This document shows positions 34,747 through 41,057 of a stretch of 41,057 nucleotides of DNA, one piece after another. Source of the stretch: a virus (Duplodnaviria; Caudoviricetes); IMG/VR virus record IMGVR_UViG_3300036804_000354, positions 1 to 41,057 of that record; one strand, 5' to 3'. Every line of letters starts with the position of its first letter. Position 1 is the first letter of the stretch. Below the pieces are notes generated by a model. That model saw nothing but the letters and a program-made list of their open reading frames with translations. It was not told the origin of the DNA and made no database searches. Both the position numbers and the translations under genes were made by a program.

Positions 34747-35061
34747 ATGTCGAGAATGTATGTTTATCCGGGGTTTGTACGGCTTCGTGGAAAGTTCGAA
34801 TTGGTGTTTTTCGCCAAGCTGACACGGATTTTGATGATGAACGGATTTGATAATGCGCGACTGAATTCACGTTGTCTGAGCGATGGTTTCAACATTGCTG
34901 AATGGAGCTTCGAAAGTGCAGCAATGTCAGTAGAGGCGGCGGATATCCTCGCGGATTATTTTGAAGACATCCGTCACCCTTACTTAGTTACCAGAATTTG
35001 CGTTCCGCATTGCGGAGATGAACAATTTTTATCAGTTCCGCCTGAGCAAGACCGGTTGTGA
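34747..35061 (+). CDS. Hypothetical protein (first PL gene)
   Basis: AGGAG RBS before the ATG; no family recognised. Confidence 0.45.
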   Translation: MSRMYVYPGFVRLRGKFELVFFAKLTRILMMNGFDNARLNSRCLSDGFNIAEWSFESAAMSVEAADILADYFEDIRHPYLVTRICVPHCGDEQFLSVPPEQDRL

Positions 35062-35105
35062 GGAGTTATACCGGCATTATTAACAATTACATTGAGGGAG
35101 TTGGT

Positions 35106-35471
35106 ATGACATTTGAAGAATTACGACCAGAGATTCAGGAAATCGCAGCGCAGACGCTGTTCAAAATGCTAACGAACGGCTACTGCTCGAACAAAGAAGA
35201 AGCTATTGAGACTGCTGCCAACGTCAAAGCAGCATTCGTGAAGGTCTTTACTGAAGAGGAATACGCGGCGAGAGATAAATCAGCAAAGACTTGCGCTTTC
35301 AGGACGCAAGACCCTGCTCAATTCAATTTCGTGATAAACACGATCACCCCTTTGCCATGCAATGGAGATGGAGTGAGCCGTGTTTATCACGATACGATGA
35401 TTAAGTGTCTAAAAATCGAAATTGAAAAACTAAGAAGTCGGATCGCGGTGGCCGAAATCGTTGCCAACTAA
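35106..35471 (+). CDS. Hypothetical protein
   Basis: GAGGGAG RBS before MTFEELRPEIQ. Confidence 0.55.
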   Translation: MTFEELRPEIQEIAAQTLFKMLTNGYCSNKEEAIETAANVKAAFVKVFTEEEYAARDKSAKTCAFRTQDPAQFNFVINTITPLPCNGDGVSRVYHDTMIKCLKIEIEKLRSRIAVAEIVAN

Positions 35472-35747
35472 GGAAGCGGATGGCAGTAAGGATGCGCTTT
35501 GTTCAAATTCACAGACAAAGATATGCGCGTTAACACCAGCACTGCTTGCGATTGAATATGTTTGATCAGCGACATTTTGACAATTCATTGTGCTGTTAAA
35601 TATGTAACCACCTGGAAGCAATCTTAGCCTCTCTTCGTGCGCTTCGATTGTTTTCGCGTAAAGAAAATTAGCCATAAATTCTTCAAATTTTTTGGCCTGT
35701 TCGACTGTAGCTTCAAATAGCCGAACGTGAACATAAAACTGTTTCAT
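35430..35747 (-). CDS. DUF2622/GhoS-like small protein, antisense to the PL operon
   Basis: MKQFYVHVRLFEAT...FEEFM...KTI...LPGGY; AAGGA RBS; extended -10 TGGTATGCT upstream (about 35779-35787). Confidence 0.6.
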   Translation of the reverse strand: MKQFYVHVRLFEATVEQAKKFEEFMANFLYAKTIEAHEERLRLLPGGYIFNSTMNCQNVADQTYSIASSAGVNAHIFVCEFEQSASLLPSASLVGNDFGHRDPTS

Positions 35748-35841
35748 TAGATTTCCTTGCTGGCTGTGTGAGAACTCCAGCATACCACCGAGCCTGATGT
35801 GGCGAAAAGACAGGCGCATTAATTGCTTAAACACAACATGA

Positions 35842-35892
35842 AAGCGCATTCCTTCCGGTGGGGATCGGTTTGTCAGATGCTGGAGTGCGCTT
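35842..35892 (+). other. Long stem, probable RNase III processing site in the PL transcript
   Basis: AAGCGCATTCC...GGAGTGCGCTT inverted repeat. Confidence 0.5.
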
Positions 35893-35933
35893 CCAGTTGT
35901 AGTTTAACAGTCAGCTATTTAGCAGGAGTTATT

Positions 35934-36140
35934 ATGCAAGACCAGCATTATGGAACAATGGAAGTAATTCGCCAATGTGCCGTACCCGGCTCAATGGTTA
36001 AATATAACGACCGAATTTATAAAGTTCATGCAAATACGCGCGGTAAGATTGCCATATCAAATTTGCGTGAGCAGTTTATTGTTCGAGATATTTTCGTAGA
36101 GATATTACTCGACAGAAAAGGCGAACCATTAATTAACTAA
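35934..36140 (+). CDS. Conserved small phage protein (kil-position)
   Basis: MQDQHYGT..IRQC..PG...LLD.KG.PL; AGGAG RBS. Confidence 0.65.
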   Translation: MQDQHYGTMEVIRQCAVPGSMVKYNDRIYKVHANTRGKIAISNLREQFIVRDIFVEILLDRKGEPLIN

Positions 36141-36228
36141 TTTCGAATCACTTTAATTCATGCCTTAACTGGCAGGGATTGTTACACCCAAAATGCGCCA
36201 ATGCGCTTATTAAATCGGAGATATCAAG

Positions 36229-36657
36229 ATGGGATTTTTAGGATTTGGCAAGAAAGCACGTAAAGCAGTAACCGAAGTGAAAAAGATGGAAAACCGTGAT
36301 GCTGTCGAAGCAACGGTTTGGGGCGGTTATATGATTGCCTATGCCGACGGCACGTGCGATGCGAAAGAAATTGCGGTGCTGGAAAAGACTATTGCCGCAC
36401 TTCCCGCCTTCGCACCTTTCGCTGGTGATATCGCACAGATGAGCAGCAATATCCGCGCTCGCTATGATGCGTCACCACGCTCAGCGAATGCGCAGGCCAT
36501 CCGTGAACTGGAAGATGTTGCAGGAACCAAGGACGCTGTTGATGTGCTGTGCTTATGCCTGGATATCGCGGACCAAGATGGTATTGGCGAAGAAGAACAG
36601 GTTGTGTTGAAGAAAATTGCACAAGCTCTGCAGTTGTCTCTGGATCAGTACCTGTAA
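36229..36657 (+). CDS. TerB-family protein (phage type)
   Basis: IAYADGTCDAKEI and IADQDGIGEEE...LKKIAQAL acidic motifs. Confidence 0.85.
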   Translation: MGFLGFGKKARKAVTEVKKMENRDAVEATVWGGYMIAYADGTCDAKEIAVLEKTIAALPAFAPFAGDIAQMSSNIRARYDASPRSANAQAIRELEDVAGTKDAVDVLCLCLDIADQDGIGEEEQVVLKKIAQALQLSLDQYL

Positions 36658-36818
36658 TGAAAGACATGCCTGATGCGCTACGAATCGTGCTGGTGCTTCT
36701 GTTGGCATTCATGTCTGTGGTGACAGACTTCACCAGCTATCTACTCTCGTTTATCAGCGATGCTTTCTTTGTCGGCGCTCTGCTTTGGGTTGTCTGGCCC
36801 GTATTGAAACGAGACTGA
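36657..36818 (+). CDS. DUF3927-like small membrane protein
   Basis: TAATG coupling to terB; VVTDFTSYLLSFISDAFFVG. Confidence 0.65.
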   Translation: MKDMPDALRIVLVLLLAFMSVVTDFTSYLLSFISDAFFVGALLWVVWPVLKRD

Positions 36819-36858
36819 ATTATATCCGCCCTTCGGGGCGGTTATTAAAGTTCAAATT

Positions 36859-37077
36859 ATGACTACAGCACATTGCTCTTATTGTGGAAAGCAAAGAGAT
36901 ATCAATGACCTTATTTCTGCATTTAAACGTCCGTATGCAAAAGCAGCACCACGGCAAGTTTATTATTGCAAAGATACTAATTGTTATTCGAGAAGTTCCG
37001 GTAAAAACAAAACACTCAAACAGATACAAAAAAAGATTAGTAATCGCCGCAATTATTCTTCAACTCGTAATTATTGA
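36859..37077 (+). CDS. Small basic zinc-ribbon protein
   Basis: CSYCG and YYCKDTNC; AT-rich. Confidence 0.55.
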   Translation: MTTAHCSYCGKQRDINDLISAFKRPYAKAAPRQVYYCKDTNCYSRSSGKNKTLKQIQKKISNRRNYSSTRNY

Positions 37078-37089
37078 CAGGACTTAATA

Positions 37090-39468
37090 ATGTCTATTTC
37101 AGCGCCAATAAAATATGGCTCGGTGTGCAGCGGGATTGAAGCCGCCAGTATCGCATGGGAGTCACTCGGCTGGCAGCCAGCATGGTTTGCTGAGATTGAG
37201 GCTTTTCCGTCTGCTGTTCTGGCCTGTCAATGGCCTGATGTTGTCAATCTCGGTGACATGACCAATATTGCCGCCGCTGTGCGTGCAGGTGGCATTGCCG
37301 CGCCAGATGTACTGGTTGGCGGCACGCCGTGCCAGGCATTCAGTATTGCCGGTCTGCGCAATGGTCTGGACGACGAGCGCGGGCAGTTAACCCTTTCTTA
37401 CGTGGAATTAGCTAATGCAATCGACGACAAACGCCGCGAACGCGGAGAAGAAGAAGCGATCATCGTCTGGGAAAACGTCCCCGGCGTGCTCAGCAGCAAA
37501 GACAATGCCTTCGGGTGCTTTCTGGCAGGACTTGCCGGAGAAAGCTGCGAGTTGCAGCCAGCAGGGGGAAAATGGACGTACGCAGGTTGTGTGTCTGGAC
37601 CACAAAGGAATATCGCCTGGCGTGTCCTTGATGCTCAATTTTTCGGAGTGGCCCAACGCCGCCGCCGTGTGTTCGTTGTCGCAGGTGCTCGAAAAGACTT
37701 CGATCCCGCAGCGGTACTTTTTGAGCTCAACAGCATGCGCCGGGATACTCCGCCGCGCCGAGAAACGCAACCGGAAGTTGCCAGCTATGTTGGAAAACGC
37801 ACTGATGGCGGTAGTCACTGGGACAACCCAGTAAATCTACACCCCACCCTGAACCAGTCCAACAACATTGGAGGTATCGGGCAAAGCAATCAGGAGATTT
37901 TTGCTCAGCGCGGATCCGGATTGGTAAGCGAAACACAATATGGTTCGGAACTCGCGGGGACTCTAACAGCGCGGCATGATTCATCACCCTGTGCAGATCG
38001 TGGAATGAATGTACTTGTTACTGATGCTTATTCCGATATCTCCCGCACGCTGCTGGCGAAAGAAAACGACAGCACCGCTGAGGATTTGGATACCTATGTC
38101 GTGGCTTATGGTGGTGGCAATACCAGCGGAAATATTGACGTAGCAACCGCATGCACGGCCCACGGTGTACGGATGGACTTCGATACTGAAACATTCGCAG
38201 TTCACGGCACGCAAGATCCTGACACTAATCACGAGTTGGCTCATACGCTGGGCCGCAATCATGGTCAGGAAAACGCAGTGTGCTACGGATTTAAACCCGG
38301 TCAGGGCTTCCCGGTGATCGCTTTCAGCCATAAAGACCACGGTGCTGACGCTACTGTCGATATGACACCAACTTTGCGCGCTGGAAATCATGACAAAAGC
38401 CATGCCAATAGCGGACAGCCACCGGCAATCTGTCAGTTTGGAATGCAAGTTCGTCGACTTACGCCTGTTGAGTGCGAGCGCTTGCAGGGATTTCCTGATA
38501 ATCACACGCTGATCTCATGGCGTGGGAAGGAGCCAGAGGTTTGCCCTGATGGCCCACGATACAAGGCGATCGGCAACAGCATGGCTGTACCGGTTATGCG
38601 CTGGCTCGGCGAGCGTATCGCCGCGGCACTGCCCGTAGAAGAACCTGCGCCACGCAGCTGGCAGCGCCCGTTCCTGAAATGGGCTGGCGGGAAATATGCC
38701 CTGCTCCCTGAGCTCTACCAGCTCCTTCCTGCCGGGAAGCGCCTGATTGAGCCGTTTGTTGGTGCCGGATCCGTTTTCCTTAATTCGGATAAGCACGCCA
38801 GCTTTCTGCTCGCAGACGTTAACCCGGACCTGATTAATCTTTATCAAATGCTGGCAGTGGCGCCAGAGTGCGTGACTATCTCGGCACGGCACATGTTCGA
38901 CACTCTCAACTCAAAAAATGATTACGCTGATATCCGCTCAAAATTTAACGCACAGACTCTGGATAGCATAGAGCGGGCTGCAGCCTTCCTGTTCATCAAC
39001 AGGCATTGCTTCAACGGGTTGACCCGTTACAACCAGGCTCACCAGTTTAATGTTGGCTGGGGCAAATACCCTGCCCCCTATTTCCCTGAAAGAGAAATCA
39101 AAGCATTCACATCTGTGGCTGAAAACTGCGTCTTCATGAATGCCGATTATCGCCGCACGCTGGCACTGGCTGGCGAAGGTGACGTGGTTTACTGCGACCC
39201 ACCTTACGAGCCTCTGCCCGGCTCGGCTGGGTTCACGAACTACGCCGCTGGCGGTTTCAATTGGGATGATCAGGTGTTACTCGCAAAGTGTTGTGCAGCA
39301 GCTGCGTCACGTGGCGCCAGTGTTGTTATCAGCAATTCAACTGCACCACGACTCCTGGAATTGTACGAGGGCCACGGTTTTAACATACACCGGGTTGGCG
39401 CTCGCCGCTCCATTGCCGGGAAGAGCAAAAAGCAGGAACAGGCAGAAGACATTATCGCGGTGATCTAA
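37090..39468 (+). CDS. Fused C5-cytosine methyltransferase and Dam-like N6-adenine methyltransferase
   Basis: C5 motifs SVCSGIEA, GGTPCQAFS, WENVPG, QRRRRVF, RRLTPVECERLQGFPD and AIGNS; then Dam motifs FLKWAGGK, EPFVGAGSV, FNGL.RYN, CDPPY and ISNS. Confidence 0.93.
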   Translation: MSISAPIKYGSVCSGIEAASIAWESLGWQPAWFAEIEAFPSAVLACQWPDVVNLGDMTNIAAAVRAGGIAAPDVLVGGTPCQAFSIAGLRNGLDDERGQLTLSYVELANAIDDKRRERGEEEAIIVWENVPGVLSSKDNAFGCFLAGLAGESCELQPAGGKWTYAGCVSGPQRNIAWRVLDAQFFGVAQRRRRVFVVAGARKDFDPAAVLFELNSMRRDTPPRRETQPEVASYVGKRTDGGSHWDNPVNLHPTLNQSNNIGGIGQSNQEIFAQRGSGLVSETQYGSELAGTLTARHDSSPCADRGMNVLVTDAYSDISRTLLAKENDSTAEDLDTYVVAYGGGNTSGNIDVATACTAHGVRMDFDTETFAVHGTQDPDTNHELAHTLGRNHGQENAVCYGFKPGQGFPVIAFSHKDHGADATVDMTPTLRAGNHDKSHANSGQPPAICQFGMQVRRLTPVECERLQGFPDNHTLISWRGKEPEVCPDGPRYKAIGNSMAVPVMRWLGERIAAALPVEEPAPRSWQRPFLKWAGGKYALLPELYQLLPAGKRLIEPFVGAGSVFLNSDKHASFLLADVNPDLINLYQMLAVAPECVTISARHMFDTLNSKNDYADIRSKFNAQTLDSIERAAAFLFINRHCFNGLTRYNQAHQFNVGWGKYPAPYFPEREIKAFTSVAENCVFMNADYRRTLALAGEGDVVYCDPPYEPLPGSAGFTNYAAGGFNWDDQVLLAKCCAAAASRGASVVISNSTAPRLLELYEGHGFNIHRVGARRSIAGKSKKQEQAEDIIAVI
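37415..37834 (+). CDS. Overprinted alternative-frame ORF resembling the M.EcoHK31I beta polypeptide
   Basis: 139 aa nested in the C5 MTase; CSLSQVLE...PQRYFLS...GILRRAEKR..KLP resembles the recalled beta-subunit pattern. Confidence 0.65.
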   Translation: MQSTTNAANAEKKKRSSSGKTSPACSAAKTMPSGAFWQDLPEKAASCSQQGENGRTQVVCLDHKGISPGVSLMLNFSEWPNAAAVCSLSQVLEKTSIPQRYFLSSTACAGILRRAEKRNRKLPAMLENALMAVVTGTTQ

Positions 39469-39549
39469 CCGCACTCAGGGATTACTGATTTTTGAAAATC
39501 AACATGACACCGCGCAGCTGATTATAGTTGCCCGGCAGCGAGGTTATAT

Positions 39550-39771
39550 ATGGCTGCGCCACAGGTTGTTTATAACGTTGGGTGGGTTGTTGGTGAGGGG
39601 TTAAAGGCAATAACGGGTCTTCCCGAAAGACAGTTAAAAGCCTATCGGCAGGAGCGTTGGATAGAAGGGGTGCATTTTAAGAGGATCCCAGCGAAAGAAG
39701 ACGCCGAAATAGACCGGGCAACAATCTGGTACTACTACCCGCTAATTGACCAATTTATTCAGGAAGCATAA
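39550..39771 (+). CDS. xis: Excisionase
   Basis: WVVGEGL.AITGL...YRQ..WIEGVHFKR; TAATG-coupled to int. Confidence 0.88.
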   Translation: MAAPQVVYNVGWVVGEGLKAITGLPERQLKAYRQERWIEGVHFKRIPAKEDAEIDRATIWYYYPLIDQFIQEA

Positions 39772-41057
39772 TGAACTTACCAACCGGAGTTGAACTGCAT
39801 AATAATAAAATTAGGATCAGCTTCTACTATCGCGGCACCCGCTGCCGCGAAGTTCTTCGTGGTTGGGATGTAACAAGCGGCAATGTTAAAAAAGCGGGTA
39901 ACTTACGAGCGGCTATTGTAAGTGAAATCCAGTTTGGCACTTTTGATTATGCAATGCGCTTCCCTGAATCAAAGGCACATAAAAAATTCAGCTCTGTACA
40001 GCGCATCAAATCCTTTAAAGAGCTGGCAGACTTGTTCCTGGCATCAAAGGCGCTTGAAGTATCTGCCGCATCACTGGCCACAACTACGTCCAGTATTAAT
40101 ACCCTGCTTCGTGTTGTCGGCGACAAGACACCGATTGCAGACATTCAGCATGCCGATCTGCTCAATTATCGCCGTGAACTGCTAACCGGTGATGTCACGA
40201 ATGTGAAATTTCCCTGGTTAAACAAGAAAGGCCGCTCAGCGTCGACCGTCAACATTCTCATCAGTCTGCTGTGTTCTATGTTACGACTTGCCAATCGAAG
40301 TCAGTTTATAAAGCACGCTCCCTATGAAAATATTAAGCAGCTGAAAAAATCCAAACCAGATCCAGACCCGCTTCTTATCAATGAATACCACAGCATGCTC
40401 GATGAGATGCGACCGCAGCACGCCATTTTATGGACCGTTGCAGTGCATACAGGAATGCGACATGGTGAGTTGTGTGCGCTCGCCTGGGAAGACATCGACC
40501 TTGAAAGAGGGATTATCCACGTCAGTCGAAATTTGACCGCTAAAGGGCTATTCGTACCGCCGAAGACTGATGCAGGCATTAGGAAGATAACTCTGCTTCA
40601 ACCAGCCATCGATGCCCTAAACGAGATGCACAAAATCACTGGTGGCCACGGTAAAAGAGAAATCACATTCCATCACCGTGAACATGGCAAAACCGAGCAG
40701 CAACAGTTCAGATTTGTATTTCAACCATCCTCATATTCACGCACCAAAAAAGGCCACTACTCGACAAACTCGATTGCCTACAGCTGGGAAACTGCCATTA
40801 AGCGTGCTCGCGTTCGCCCACGCGATCCTTATCAGTCCCGACACACCTTTGCATGCTGGTCTCTTTCTGCCGGTGCCAATCCCTCATTCATTGCCAGTCA
40901 AATGGGGCACGAAGATGCGCGTATGGTTTATGAGGTTTACTCAAAATGGATCGGGGAAATGGACGCAGATCAGGTCAACATGCTCAATCAAAAACTTCCA
41001 TCAGCTATGTCCCCATTACGTCCCAACAACAAAACCGCACTTAGAAAAATAATGTGA
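39771..41057 (+). CDS. int: Tyrosine integrase (arm-binding DUF3596-type N-terminus)
   Basis: TGMRHGELCALAW, PKT, YQSRHTFA, QMGH and VYS catalytic motifs. Confidence 0.96.
   Translation: MNLPTGVELHNNKIRISFYYRGTRCREVLRGWDVTSGNVKKAGNLRAAIVSEIQFGTFDYAMRFPESKAHKKFSSVQRIKSFKELADLFLASKALEVSAASLATTTSSINTLLRVVGDKTPIADIQHADLLNYRRELLTGDVTNVKFPWLNKKGRSASTVNILISLLCSMLRLANRSQFIKHAPYENIKQLKKSKPDPDPLLINEYHSMLDEMRPQHAILWTVAVHTGMRHGELCALAWEDIDLERGIIHVSRNLTAKGLFVPPKTDAGIRKITLLQPAIDALNEMHKITGGHGKREITFHHREHGKTEQQQFRFVFQPSSYSRTKKGHYSTNSIAYSWETAIKRARVRPRDPYQSRHTFACWSLSAGANPSFIASQMGHEDARMVYEVYSKWIGEMDADQVNMLNQKLPSAMSPLRPNNKTALRKIM

Noticed and set aside
41005-41030. GTCCC repeats at the integrase 3' end as arm-type att sites
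   Set aside because: Plausible, but no matching core repeat was found at the other end, so att cannot be supported.

Overview
The window is a nearly complete temperate enterobacterial prophage of about 41 kb, running from a DUF1493 gene at the tail end to the integrase stop codon; the att sites are not resolved. It is a mosaic. The head and packaging module is lambda-like (terS, terL, gpW, portal, ClpP-capsid fusion, and a cos site with a predicted 12-nt end GGGCTCCAAACT). The tail is P2-like and contractile, and the early region is lambdoid (short cI, cro, cII-like, O with five 23-bp iterons, Ref, RusA, Q). The most interesting elements are: (1) two cytoplasmic glycosyltransferase genes (three GT-A domains) in the late operon next to cos/terS, a candidate virion or DNA glycosylation system; (2) an Acb2-type anti-CBASS sponge; (3) a fused C5-cytosine/Dam methyltransferase with repeated TRD-like units and an overprinted EcoHK31I-beta-like ORF; (4) two tail-tube paralogues; (5) a tail fibre fused to its assembly chaperone; (6) a displaced GH19 endolysin followed by two tiny lipoproteins, with no recognisable holin; (7) a P63C moron that truncated both an ASCH-like gene and a hok gene; (8) three tRNAs. 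All family calls come from recognising motifs by eye; no database searches were run.
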